The position numbers and the translations under genes were made by a program. A model generated the notes under the pieces. The model was not told the DNA's origin. It worked only from the letters and a program-made list of their open reading frames with translations, and ran no database searches. DNA of 58,191 nt, the filler included, from Perkinsus olseni (Eukaryota), in assembly GCA_013115125.1 (NCBI GenBank). It is 4 parts of 4 records of this genome, joined end to end, with 100 filler letters (N's around TTAATTAATTAA, not from the genome) between each part and the next. Parts side by side here need not be neighbours in the genome. Positions count along the whole stretch, not along the records: positions 1 to 14,516 come from JABANN010000728.1; positions 14,617 to 29,125 come from JABANN010000729.1; 2 more parts are not named here. The stretch is one strand, 5' to 3'. Shown here piece by piece: positions 11,913 to 23,432 of the stretch. Position 1 is the stretch's first letter. Every line of letters begins with the position of its first letter.

Positions 11913-13420
11913 GGTCACGATTCGGAAACGTGGAGAACGGGCGAGAATACAGGGTGTCAAGCACATTCTGCTGATGATCAGCAGCAGCAGCAGCTGATAC
12001 TATCTTGCCTCTACGCTGAAGCGGGCTAAGTGGGGGATGACAAGAAGGCGGCAGACGAAGGTTATGACCCCGGATGGCAAAACTCGGGTGTTATCTTCTG
12101 AATGAGTCGGCCCCTAGCCAAGGGTATCATGCGAGTAAACACAACAAGACAACGTCATGCATCCCCATGAAATAGCATCTCCGACCGCGAGGTCGTAGCT
12201 GGTGGGAGATAGCATGTCTCGCCATACTCAGTACTCATCTCGAGTCCACAAGAACACCTACCTTAACAGGGCTACATGCATATCTTATCTTCTGGCTTCT
12301 TCCACATCATTCTTTACGATTTCATCCGCCCCTTGTTTCACTCTTCATTCTTCATCGACGACCAGAACCAGTTGAACTGGCGAGAGGGAGTAGCAAAGCG
12401 TCTGCAAGGGCGTCCAGTTAACTCGAAACCCGAACTCATACATCAGTGTCTGTTTTCAAAAAATGGCGGTCCATCTTCGGCAAGTTGCGGTAAAGTAAAC
12501 CTCGACCAACTCCCGTGGGTTGAGCTTGGGGCCCTCACACTTTGAAGGACCCCTACACTACACGACTCATGACTCGTGTCAATGCCCCCTCAGCTGACGA
12601 ACGCGCCATGAGAACACGAGAAGCAGAGCTGAGCTAACCGTAGCTGAGCTGACTGGAACCTTATGGAAGCCAAGCTTACACGGCATAGCTGCCGTCTCCG
12701 CGTTCCCCAGGGAGGCGAGACGTGACCGCCTTGCTGAGGCGTGCGCGAAAGCCAGCCAGGTACGTACGACTGGGGAGAGGATAGCCAAAACATCCGCGAG
12801 AATTCGCAGAGCGTAGCTTATGGGCTGCGTGTAGAGCATATGCGTTCTTTGAGTTGCGTGCGCTCCCCGTAGCCCCACGCGCACTTACAACCAAATTCCA
12901 AGGGAAAATTCCGCTCGTCCGCACTGGCCAAAGGCACTGACCAGAATCCAAGGACTCTGACCGAAATCCAAGGCGGGCGACCAACGTGCTTCCTGTAAAG
13001 TTTACACTGCGCGGCCCTCGGCCTTTAGGTCGCCCCGAAGGCGAGCTGAGTCGGGTATCGGGTTCACAGGGGTTACGGTCAGCACTCCCCACAGACTGGA
13101 AAACAGACGCCTTGCCCTGGGTGAGACGCTTTCGCTCACCCTGCGCTGTCTCCGGGGACATCCCCTTGGATTTTGTACTTTTGTACTTTTGTACCCTTCG
13201 ATTCTGGTCAGCTGTCCCGGAATTTGTACTTTGCCCGTTCAGAGCGCGTATTTTTGTGCGCAAAATGGTAAAGAGGAATTCCGGGAGGGTAATTAGCAAA
13301 ACACGTTCAAAATGCTTCCATGGGAGCATCTTCAGGGATCGCCCCGGGTAACAGTTCCGGGACCGGGTTTCGGGAAGGGTTTCTGGTGTCTTATTCCTGC
13401 CTTCACCCGCAATTCAGGTT

Positions 13421-13498
13421 TCTTGTCTTGTCTTGTCTTGTCTTGTCTTGTCTTGTCTTGTCTTGTCTTGTCTTGTCTTGTCTTGTCTTGTCTTGTCT
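13421..13498. repeat. (TCTTG)n pentanucleotide microsatellite running into an assembly gap
   Basis: About 15 perfect TCTTG units before the N run. Confidence 0.95.
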
Positions 13499-14278
13499 AG
13501 NNNNNNNNNNNNNNNNNNNNNNNNNNNNNNNNNNNNNNNNNNNNNNNNNNNNNNNNNNNNNNNNNNNNNNNNNNNNNNNNNNNNNNNNNNNNNNNNNNTG
13601 AAGACAACACAAGAAACCTGAGTGCCTTCGCCTGCTTGTCGCGCGTGCTCGGGTGGATCTTGTTCTTCACTCGTTAGCGCTCAGTCGGGGTTCCGCTGAA
13701 TTAATTCGCACGTCTCCGCCGCCGGCGGAGTAGGTGCGGTGACAAGGCCAACTGGGTGGCAGCGGCGGCGGCATGTAGGGACGTAACAATATGAAGTACC
13801 TCTGCAGCTTGAAGGGTGCTTCAGCGAGTCCACTATGATGAGAAAAATTAAACACCAAGTTTTGTTTTTTCCCTGAAATACCCTTTATACAGAGAGGCAG
13901 AGTCGCAGAAGCATACCAATGATGCAAACAAGCTGTTTGGCTGTTTGGCTGTTGAACAGCTGCTTACCATCAGTTTACACCGTCACCTTAGGACTCTGTG
14001 TGAAGTTGAGAGCTTATGACTTATACGGCCTGACGATACAAGGAGAACTATTAACCGATTTGCTGAATCATTTGGCTTCTCCTTATGTCACTGAGAGTTG
14101 CCCTCTAGGCTGAAATGATCATGGTGAAGAGGCGTAGCTCAACAGTGGGGAGCCTTGTCACTTGAAGGAAATCTATTTGCTAGCATGGCGATTCATGATA
14201 CTGGTAGATAGGGCTTTTGTCTATCGACGAAAGGATATTCGCTCTCGGCATGCATGTAGTTCTCCTTAATCAACACTC

Positions 14279-14516
14279 ATGATAGTAACTGCACTCTCAT
14301 TGGCGGCGGCACTGCAGTCGGCTTCGGCTTCCCCAGCGCTTCGTGTTCCGATGAAGCGAAACCACGTAGAGATGGAATTTGACGGTTGGCCTGTGCGGCT
14401 GTTCGTGGACACTGGGAGCGATAGATCATATCTAGTTTATGGTGGTTGGTATGAGAGCATCTACGGCCTTGGGTCTTGCCAGTACCTTCGCACCGGTTGC
14501 TACTTCTGCCCTCCGA
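14279..14516 (+). CDS. Secreted pepsin-like aspartic protease, N-terminal part (truncated by gap)
   Basis: Signal peptide MIVTALSLAAALQSASA followed by VEMEFDGWPVRLFVDTGSDRSYL with the catalytic DTG motif and a CxxxxxGCYFC segment. Confidence 0.85.
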
Positions 14517-14560
14517 NNNNNNNNNNNNNNNNNNNNNNNNNNNNNNNNNNNNNNNNNNNN

Positions 14561-14572
14561 TTAATTAATTAA
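14561..14572. other. Artificial contig linker TTAATTAATTAA within Ns (also 29170-29181 and 43767-43778)
   Basis: Six-frame stop linker flanked by N runs. Confidence 0.97.
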
Positions 14573-15853
14573 NNNNNNNNNNNNNNNNNNNNNNNNNNNN
14601 NNNNNNNNNNNNNNNNGCCCTCGCGGGGCCCTTCCCGCTCGGGCTAACATTTGTGAGGTACCCCGCATGGAACTCGCCCTCCGTTCACCGAGTGTGATGA
14701 GAGCATGGAGCTGGCTACCTAGAGACCGAACGTACAGAGGCCGCTAGCAGCTTGAGACGGGGCAAAAACTACCGCTTAGCTGGCAGCGGAGTAGCACGGG
14801 AGTCTTGTAAGTCGCGGAATCTACCCCAGGCCTTTGCGCTGAAGTACAGACGAAGCCGAACGGGCAAGGCTGCGGCGAGGTAAGGAAGGAGAGAACAGCA
14901 CGACAAACGAAGAGCAACACAGAATACAGCGGGAAACTTGAAACACATACAGCGGCCCGGGTAAGCGCCCACACGTGGTCTCTTACCCGGGCCGCAGGAG
15001 GCAACGGTTGACGTTCGTAGGATGGTGGGCGTGCGCTGCCGAAGCTGCGCAGTTGTACGTCGCGCGCGGCTGTCCCTGTTGTGCGGCCATGATGTGCGGT
15101 GCATTTAGCGCGCGCCCGCCGAGCGAGCTGGACGGTGTAGATCTCTGTAGGGGCATATATGCGAGGGGAGAGTGGACAAAAGCAGAGGCTCGTGGACGAA
15201 ACAAGTGTTCGGGGGAGCATAGAGCATATAAAAGCCGTGGTAGTCCACGAACGACGTACGCAAGCTCCCGCGCGGTGTGTGGAGCGCAGTTGGCGCCATA
15301 CGAAGCGGATACTCGGCCAGTACGTTGCACAGGTTGCTCGAAGTTTGTTTACAAAGTTTTACGCCACCAGGGCCCCGCCTGGTACAGATATACGTGCGTG
15401 ACGTCGAAAGGAGACAGCGAAAACTGGAAAACATGCGGCGTCACATGAGCGGAGCGATTTTTCATTGGTGACGTAACTTTGCACACTTATTTTGAGCTAA
15501 CTAGGCTATAGATTGAGACCGCGACAAGTCGAATCTGATTATTTTTCGGGTATGTGTAATCGTGCAAAGTTTGAGGAAAATTGATAGGTGAACAGGAAAA
15601 ATCGGCTTTGTAGGGGGAATTTTGATACAGTTTAAACGGTGGACCGCCACCCGAAAAGCGCGCGCCCGCACGGGCCCCTCCCCGCGCGGGCGAAAAGTGT
15701 GTGCATGGGTGGGGGTGGGATCAACGCTTTTCCACCGTCCACCAAGATTGGTTGAATAATGAGCCACTAGCTCCCGGGCAGCAGCGGTGAGTCATCACTA
15801 GCGAAGACGAGTACCGAGGACCTGCCACAATATCAAACAATTAATTAATTTAA

Positions 15854-16432
15854 TTAATTGTTTAAATTGAAATAAATCCGACAGAGCAGAGCAACTACCT
15901 TGGTATCTTCATCATCCACTTTGCACGTGACCTTTCTTTTCTCTGAGAGAAATTCTCTCCTCCGTCCTCCATGGCGCTTGCCAGATTTGCGAGCACGGCG
16001 TTGAGTATTTCCCGCCGATATAGTCAAGACCCTTCTTGGACCCAGAGGCTGATCTTGACTGGTGAATGCTCTATTGAATAATCTCAGAAAGAAACTCTTG
16101 TGCTCTGTCATATACCCCATACCTATCAGCCACCCCACGGTTTCGAGATAATTCCTCCAGTACGTACCGGCCGTTTTATAGCCCTTGGACGTTGCAGGAT
16201 CGTACAAGGAACGGAGCACAGCTTGGTCTCTTGCCACAGCGGCGAAGTGATCAGCAATGCCTCTGACACGTGAACCACCGTCCGCGGCCTGAACAATAAC
16301 GAGTACTTTCTCGTGATTCTTTATGGCACGGAAGGCGTCCTCGCGCATAGAAAATCGGCCGCCCTCGGCTCCTCTGAGCTCACTGCTCAGAGCAGTGAGC
16401 TCCCGAATATGAGACCAAATATCTCCGACCAT
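15854..16432 (-). CDS. Intronless hypothetical ORF, probably TE-associated
   Basis: 192-aa ORF with protein-like composition in a TE-rich block. No family recognised. Confidence 0.3.
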   Translation of the reverse strand: MVGDIWSHIRELTALSSELRGAEGGRFSMREDAFRAIKNHEKVLVIVQAADGGSRVRGIADHFAAVARDQAVLRSLYDPATSKGYKTAGTYWRNYLETVGWLIGMGYMTEHKSFFLRLFNRAFTSQDQPLGPRRVLTISAGNTQRRARKSGKRHGGRRREFLSEKRKVTCKVDDEDTKVVALLCRIYFNLNN

Positions 16433-17859
16433 GTTGAGTTACTGACTGACTGCCAGTAGCCAGTTTTACTGTCGGACAACCAAGTCGCGCTGTTAACATG
16501 TAACGTACTAACCGAACAAGGGCTACGAAAATACGTCTTCGCTGAAAACCTTTTTAGAAGGGCGCGTGAAGTGTTACTACAGTAGTGGCGCGCTTAACTT
16601 TAAAGCGCTGGCGTGAATAAATGCCAGTACATGATAAAGATTCGTAGCTAGTTGCGCTGGGCGCCGTTTGACTGAAGCCGTCAAAGATTCTCGTTTCCTA
16701 TTCCTATCCTGGTTTCTCTTGACCCTTTTCGCTAGAGCAGGAGTAGATCGGCCCGCGCAACCATCACGAATCGCCTCCCTCTGTTTGGCCTCATATCGAC
16801 GGCCGTTTCGCGTTCTTTCATTTGGAAATCAGGGGCGGTAGCACGCTTTAGAGCCGTGAGAGACGGCAGGGGAGGGAGAGCCAAATGGGAGCGTGAGAGT
16901 CCCGAGAGCCGTGAGAGACGGCAGGTTAGGGAGAGCCCCAAGGAGAGAGCGGCGGAGCAAGGTGAACTCAACCTGGCGGGAGCTGCAAACCGAGCTCGTG
17001 TCCGGAGCGACGTAGGTCAAAAACATCGACAGGACACCCGGCACTACCGTGCCAGACGCTGACCTCTCACGATGAACGGCTCGGTGACGTACCCCGCCTC
17101 GCACGCATACACACGATTGTCTCCTGCAGCGGACTACCGTGGATTTTCCTTCGACACACAGAGTGTATCGATTACTATTTATTTCGCGTACAAGATGAAG
17201 TTGGACAGACAGACGCCAACACTTGCGCGTGCAAAAGTTGGTTTTTCGGTCGTTTGACCCTCATATGAGGAAGGGAAGGGCCAGAAAAAAATTTCCACGG
17301 GGTTTTCGAGCCGTCATGAGACTGATTATGAGAAGAATCGCTTCCTTCAGACGATCCATCATCACCTCCACCATCACCAGAAGGACCCCCAGCGGGAATT
17401 TCCGCAGCACTACTGGTAGAAGGTACACGAACGGTACCACCCGGAGAAGGAGTCCCTCTCACACCTTTTTCTTCCGAAGATGATCGAGACACGTCAGAAG
17501 CACGTCTACTTCTAGCAAATTCATTAACCGGCACACCATGAACAGACCGGGTCTGTCAGACCCATCACACAAGGATAACAGCTAACCATCATACTGAATA
17601 GCCAAGTGCTCAATATTGGAAAGGAAAGACGTCAACTACGGTTGCATACTGGTGACCAGTAACTGGTCTGATTAAGACAAGTGAGAGCCGGTAACTTAAC
17701 CGCGCCCATATAAGGGCGACCCTTCCTCGGAGCACCAACCACCCCAAACACCTTGTTCGACCCAAACGTATGGCGTCCGAGCATCCTTCATCCCAATCTG
17801 CAGATCATCTTAATAAGAGCCCCAACAACAGCCTGATGATCATTATTTACATGCCGGCT

Positions 17860-18400
17860 AACCACAATATCCTCCCCTCCATAATCTCCAATTATTGGAG
17901 TCCAATATCAAAACCTTGATCAGCATCACCCTCAACATCATAACCACTGCAAGCCAAAACATCCTCCTGACCAACCGAACCACCCACTTCATCATAGGCA
18001 GTAGAAGATAACACCTCAAAATCACGTAACATCTTTGACAGCTTATCAACATAATGAAACTCATCCATAACATAATCGCCAAACTACCAAGTACCACCAC
18101 CAGTAGTAGAATAGAACCTCAAATGCTCCCTCACTAAGTCGGCCGCAGTAACACCTTCGGTCCACCGTGCGTAGTCAGCAATGGCTTCCAAGCGCACCAT
18201 AGCATCTGCCAATAAGCGTACACCTGTTCTTCTCATATTGTGAGACGTCTTCTTTCCGACTTCGTCGTCTTCTTCCAACTGCCCAGTGAAGACCGTTCTC
18301 ACCAAGTAGTTGATATCCTTACGGAGCTGCGAATAGGTTGCAACAAACAAAGATCATCGTTTCTGACTATCCTCCAAGGTAGACAGCATTTGTTCCATTC
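17860..18400 (-). mobile_element. Degenerate tyrosine recombinase (C-terminal catalytic part) of a YR-type element (DIRS/Ngaro/Crypton-like)
   Basis: KKTSHNMRRTGVRLLADA...IADYARW...HLRFY matches the HxxR...(H/W)...Y signature. In-frame stops occur on both sides. Confidence 0.65.
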
Positions 18401-18464
18401 TATGCGGCGCACACGCATTAAGGAAAAATACGGAAAAATAGCGCGTTTTCACGCCTTCCCTTTC

Positions 18465-18987
18465 TGTTATAATGCGCTGAAGATGGCGCCGGAGGAGGGG
18501 CGAGTGCCGCAGGTGAGGAACTAGACGAGGAAGCCGGAACCGCATTGCCGGCTCCATCAGTTGCCCCTACGCGAGCTGCCTCACCTACTCCGTCATGAAC
18601 CGTACCGTCGTTGTCGATGCCAGTACCGTCATCGCCGTTGTCACCATGATGGTCAGCAGAAGTAGCAGCAGCATTGTCGACAGCGTCAGCGTAGTCGGTG
18701 CCGGCGTTCTCAACTCTTGCTTCTTCTTCGAGAGCCATAGCGTTAAACTCCGCGAAAGAGATGAAGTCGGGGGCGTTGCCATCCTCGCCTTCGTCAATCC
18801 TGGGTCTGGGCACCATGTTGTGATGGTGCGACGCAACACGTAAAGTGGTGAAGGAAAAGGAGCAGCAATGAGCAGGATCGAGCCAAGATGCCTACGAACA
18901 ATAATAGATCCATCGATCGATATCACCGCAGCTTGAAAGGCGAGCGCTACTCGCGTGGGCGAGCGCCATCTTCAGCGCATTATAACA
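18465..18987. mobile_element. 523-bp non-autonomous element with TG...CA ends, 25-bp perfect TIRs and a 5-bp TSD
   Basis: TIR TGTTATAATGCGCTGAAGATGGCGC at 18465-18489 with its reverse complement at 18963-18987. CTTTC is duplicated at 18460-18464 and 18988-18992. Confidence 0.9.
18877..18896 (-). other. Relic of the Perkinsus spliced leader
   Basis: Minus strand CGTAGGCATCTTGGCTCGAT versus SL (AC)CGTAGCCATCTTGGCTCAAG, 17/20 identical, about 60 nt upstream of the ATG of ORF 18418-18816. Confidence 0.55.
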
Positions 18988-19717
18988 CTTTCCGCCCCAA
19001 TTCACCACTGTTTATTAGGGTTAAACGACGAAATTTTCGGCTTCTACGCAAAATACACGTTATAACTGTGCTCGCCCTCCGCCTCTGACAGAGGCCCTTT
19101 GTTCTCTCTGTGGCAAGGGACCTATAGGGATGTCGCGTCACGCGTACGCATGCGCAAGTGTGAGTCACACAAAGGGTGTCAAGTGTGAGCCACACTGATC
19201 AGACGTCACACTGTATGACGCCTTATCATACTCCTTACCAAATCTTCTCCTGAGATTGTCCTTTGTCTTAACTACATCGATCCTCTTATCAGTGGCATAC
19301 TAGTAAATTTCCAAATGTTCGGCACCTGGTATCTGACAGCGGCTTCTATCATCTGCGTAGCTTATTGACTCTATCTCTTAAAGAGATTCTCTTCTCCCTA
19401 ATGATGGCTGCCTGAGCCGGGTATTGAGGTTCGAGTTCAATTCAATCGAAGCTTTTGCTTTAAAAGTGCTGTTGCCAATATCGAGAGAGTACCGATATAT
19501 AATACGTCTCCGCTGGTTCTGGGGCGCTTTCTGAGCAACGTCGCTGGCGAAACCTGCCGGGATACGCACAAAGAAACTTCGGATTAAGTCGAAAGAATTT
19601 TTCAGAAAACGCACTATTTTCCCGCTATTTTTCCTATTTTTCCACGTTACCAGAACTTTTTTACGAAAATTACCAGAAAGAAAAATAATTTTTTTTTCCA
19701 CGTTTATGCCAATACTG

Positions 19718-19776
19718 CCACGCCCTTTCGGACTGGCGCCTAAAGCCAGCGCCTTGGACCACTCAGCCAAACTGAC
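19718..19776 (-). pseudogene. tRNA-Leu(UAG), 3'-truncated
   Basis: GTCAGTTTGGCTGAGTGGTCCAAGGCG-CTGGC-TTTAGGC-GCCAG-TCCGAAAGGGCGTGG. The T-loop and acceptor 3' strand are missing. Confidence 0.85.
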
Positions 19777-19811
19777 GGTAGGTGCTGCAGTTTTTATAGC
19801 AGAGATATATT

Positions 19812-20391
19812 CAGGGTGCACCAATGTCCTGCAAAATGAAAGAATATTTTTCCGCAAGAAATTTGCGCAAAATACTCGCAAAATGCGCAAAATAACCGTA
19901 AAATACGAAAGTTTTTCCTGTCGCCTCTGCCGAGGCGACTGAGAAGATCCGAGTGCTGCTAGGACGATGCAGGTGATCATGGAAGGAGCAGGCAACGCTA
20001 CGCTTATCGCGAGGCATCACGAGCACCCGTAGCCCGCATAAACAACTTCCGAACCATATGCAACGCATCGCACTCGTCGAGCTGTGCATGAACTTAGCGC
20101 GCGCCCACCTGATCGATGGCAATTTGCATCGGTTCGCATCGCAAGGCCTACCGTGAGAGAAACAAGTGTACAGCGGTATTACCGCCGTTGATACAACTGT
20201 CAATCACGCTTACGGGCGAAGGTGATGATCTGTAGGCACTCGGCCTACTTGTGTACGCTCAAGGCTCGAATTTTAGGCTTTTTTTGGCAATTTTCGTATT
20301 TTTCCTATTTTTCGCCTATTATTTTTCTTGCCGCAAATTGGGGCAAAATTGCAGATGGACAATGTCCAAATTTGGACAGTGGTTCACCCTG
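19812..20391. mobile_element. MITE with CAGGGTG termini (Tc1/mariner-like) inserted in the tRNA-Leu 5' flank
   Basis: CAGGGTGCACCAATGTCC ... GGACAGTGGTTCACCCTG with AT-rich inverted subterminal tracts. The empty site (gagatatattgtggg) is seen in the paralogous flank near 20664-20678. Confidence 0.75.
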
Positions 20392-20516
20392 ATATATCAT
20401 ATATTGTGGGTTTCGTCGATTGGCAGATTCTGGCGACGCAAAAGTTTCGAGCTCATTCTGTGCGAGCTGCAAGCGATTATGGCGGTATACTTTGCTGGTA
20501 TTATGGTACAATACCC

Positions 20517-20638
20517 TGACAACTGTGGGGTTCGAACCCACGTCCTTTCGGACCGACAGTATGGCCGAGTGGTGCAAGGCGCTGGCTTCAGGCACTGGCG
20601 GCTAAAGCCAGCGACTTAGACCACTCAGCCAAACTGTC
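20517..20638 (-). pseudogene. tRNA-Leu(UAG) interrupted by an inverted 5' half of a tRNA-Leu(CAG)
   Basis: Minus-strand 5' part 20594-20638 and 3' part 20517-20553 join into a full Leu tRNA. The plus-strand insert GACAGTATGGCCGAGTGGTGCAAGGCGCTGGCTTCAGGC lies at 20555-20593. Confidence 0.85.
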
Positions 20639-20651
20639 GGTAGGTGCTGCA

Positions 20652-20659
20652 GTTTTTAT
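20652..20659 (-). promoter_or_regulatory. TATA-like element upstream of tRNA-Leu copies (also ~19791-19798)
   Basis: TATAAAAA lies about 14-22 nt upstream of both tRNA 5' ends in a conserved flank. Confidence 0.45.
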
Positions 20660-20759
20660 AGCGGAGATATATTGTGGGTTTCGTCGATTGGCAGATTCTG
20701 GCGACGCATAAGTTTCTCAGATGGTTCCGAGCTCATTCTGTGCGAGCTGCAAACGGGGG

Positions 20760-21600
20760 GGAACCGTCCTCGCCTGGGGTCGCGCCTATCAGAACACCGT
20801 CCGAGGACGGTGCTCTAGGACTACAGCAGTCCTCACCTTGGCGCCATGGTCGATGATGTAGAGGATGCACCATTCTAGTCTCAGCCGGGTCGTCAGATCG
20901 TAGTTGTTGTTGTTGTTGTTGATCTTGAATGTTGATGCCATCTTGTGGAGTGGCTTGGCCTTCTGGGCTGGTCTTAGAATGGTCGTTGACAGAGTCTTGA
21001 GTCTTGAATTGGTCTTGAACAGAGAGCATATTGACTTGCTGACCTTGATTAGAGTCTTGAATACGCAGAGAGGTGGTAGCATCAGTCCCCTGCTGCGACA
21101 GACGACTCGTCTGAGACCAGTCTGCTCGTTGAGAGTGTCGTCGTCAGAGGCACGCGAATCTTGTGAATGTTCAGCTAGACTAGCGTCAGTAGTTGCCTTA
21201 GAGTCATGAGGTTGTTGAACAGGAGCTTCTTCACTAGAGGTCTTCGAACCACGTGACTTCGTTCTGGATCGTCTTCAGTAGGGGCTTCTGACCATTAGAT
21301 GTCTGGTCTTGGTCGTTGTCGTTAGGCTCCTCCGGGTCATGCGGAGGGTTAGGATTCTTGTTATTACCAGGAGAGACGAACTCGGAACGGTCGTTGTCGT
21401 CATCGTCGTTGTCACGGCGGTTTCTTCTAGTCTTGATAACCATAGTGGATAAGGGCGAATAAATCCCGGTAGAATGTGGAGAACGTTGGCGATGGGGTAG
21501 AGATAACCGAAGAGGGAGTAGTCGGTTACTGGTGTAGACCTAGTGGTTCTGGTGATAAGCTGACTTAGAATCCCTTCTCCAAGTAATAAGCAACTCAATC
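20760..21600 (-). mobile_element. Degenerate low-complexity ORF, possibly a retroelement gag-like 5' region
   Basis: MVIKTRRNRR start, D/N/Q-rich frames broken by stops and frameshifts, no introns. Confidence 0.3.
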
Positions 21601-21643
21601 TAAAGCGGATTTAGGCTGCCTTGTTCTCAGGAGTTTGCTCGTT

Positions 21644-21992
21644 CTACAGTGAAACGGTTAGATTATCTAACCGTTTCACTGTAGCCTAGCGCTAGTCGAT
21701 TATCTAACTTAGATTATCTAAGTTAGATATGCGAAACTGTGGGGGCGACCATCAAGCATATGATACTACGCTTAACCCATCTTGATATGCGTGACCGGTA
21801 CGAGGGTAATAATATCTGGTAATACCAGATATTATTACCCTCGTACCGGTCACGCATACCAGACTGGTATGCTTACGCTGACCGCAGGCTGCATTATCGT
21901 GGGTTCACAATGGCAATCCTAGAGAACCACAGCTAACCCGTTATTCTCAAGCCAGATATCCGTGATTTCAAATCACCAAATCACTGATTTGG
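21644..21992. repeat. Cluster of perfect palindromes with 1-nt centres
   Basis: Arms of 20 bp (21644-21684), 14 bp (21701-21729) and 36 bp (21786-21858), plus 7-9 bp ones at 21854-21872 and 21962-21992. Confidence 0.95.
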
Positions 21993-22711
21993 CAAAACAA
22001 CGATTAACCCATCTCGATGTGTACTAATGATTACAAGGATTAGTGACCAATCCTTGAACACCCGGCCCGTTAAAACGAGCAAATACGAAAAATGGTTGAT
22101 GAAACAAGTTCATTCGGTCGGACGAAAAAACTCGAGACGAAACGAACGGCGAATCAAACACTTTGGCACCGAACCTACCCTGGACGAAAGTTTCGTTGAC
22201 CGATTCGTCCATGAGCGTTTCGTCACGAAGCTCATGGACGAATCGCGGTACACTCTCTACGACGAAGGACGTATCGTAGCCGGCAAAAAAAACTTTCTTC
22301 GTGTCTCCTTCGCGCCGTTTGTTCAGAAATTGCGGTGGCGGTTCTTAACTGACGCTGCGTTGCCTGAAGTACTACTTTAGAAGTAGTGTCGATGTCCCTT
22401 ACTTGCTCCAGTAACTGGAGTCCAGTTTGTGGGTTCCCGCAGTCCACGGCTCTTGAAATCCACGGCAGCTGTGGATTTCGACCCCATTAATAATGGGCCA
22501 TTATGAGCCATCCCGGTAGCTACTCGCTACTAGCAAGTTGCTCTCTGCAGAAAAGGGAGGCCCGGGTACTTCGAGAGACAACATAAAGCCCGATTGATAC
22601 CAACTCAAGGTTGGCAACTCAACCGCCAATGGCGGTCCGCCATTGGGGGACAGCCAAAAAGGCATCGCAAACCAACGGTAATTCTCCGAAACTCAGACTT
22701 TGATATTACAA

Positions 22712-22997
22712 CAACGCACGAGAAACTCTCACATCAGGGAGCAGACCTAGTACAGAAGAACCAATCAGGTGCCGCTACTTTATTGTATTTTGATGACCAT
22801 CATCTAGGAAATAGCAGAATGAGACTTCTTGATCGGCGTGAGACGACCAAGTGATCTTACGCCAACGCACGAGGAACTCTCACACCAACGAGCGGACCTC
22901 ACACAGAAGAACCTTTCAGATGCCGCTACCTCACTGTATTTTGACGACAAGCATCTAGGAAATAGCAAAATGAGACTCCTTGATCGGCGTGAGACGA
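22712..22997 (+). repeat. Diverged ~150-bp direct tandem duplication
   Basis: Two copies of caacgcacga..aactctcaca...catctaggaaatagca.aatgagact.cttgatcggcgtgagacga. Confidence 0.9.
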
Positions 22998-23432
22998 GTC
23001 ATGCGGCATGACAACACCTACGCCGTAGGTGTTGACAACACCGTGTAGCACGGTCCGTGTTGTCAATGTCAGCCATAGGTCCTACGGCTCCCAATGGACG
23101 TCCCAATATTGTCATGGCATGACTCATGGCATGCATTGACTTTCCGTCAGAAGTTGCCACAGCTGGTATATACATGTAAGCCACTAGAGGCCTAGCCTCA
23201 AACAAAACCCAGGTACTTTATAGAATTACTTCGATAAAGTTTGACAACATCTTTAAATGACAAATCAAAATCGAAATCATGCCTGATATTGTCAGGCTGG
23301 TAGTCACGACTCCGAGTCGTCGACTCGGGACTCACGAGGACTGCCTCGCGGAGCGTCCTGATTCTCGGCGAAAGCGGACTTGTCAAATTATCCCGTCGAG
23401 GGGCCAATGCATTCCCCCGACCGAGAGCTTCC

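Noticed and set aside
13312-13621. LVLSC/RQDKT repeat ORFs
   Set aside because: They are translations of the (TCTTG)n microsatellite and Ns.
14561-14572. Recurrent TTAATTAATTAA palindrome
   Set aside because: It is an assembly linker inside N runs (three occurrences), not biological.
14744-15471. Overlapping GC-rich ORFs with CxxC motifs
   Set aside because: Probably a TE remnant, but I could not support any frame or family.
19378-19995. 205-aa minus-strand ORF
   Set aside because: It runs across a tRNA pseudogene, a MITE end and AT-rich tracts, with no coding signature.
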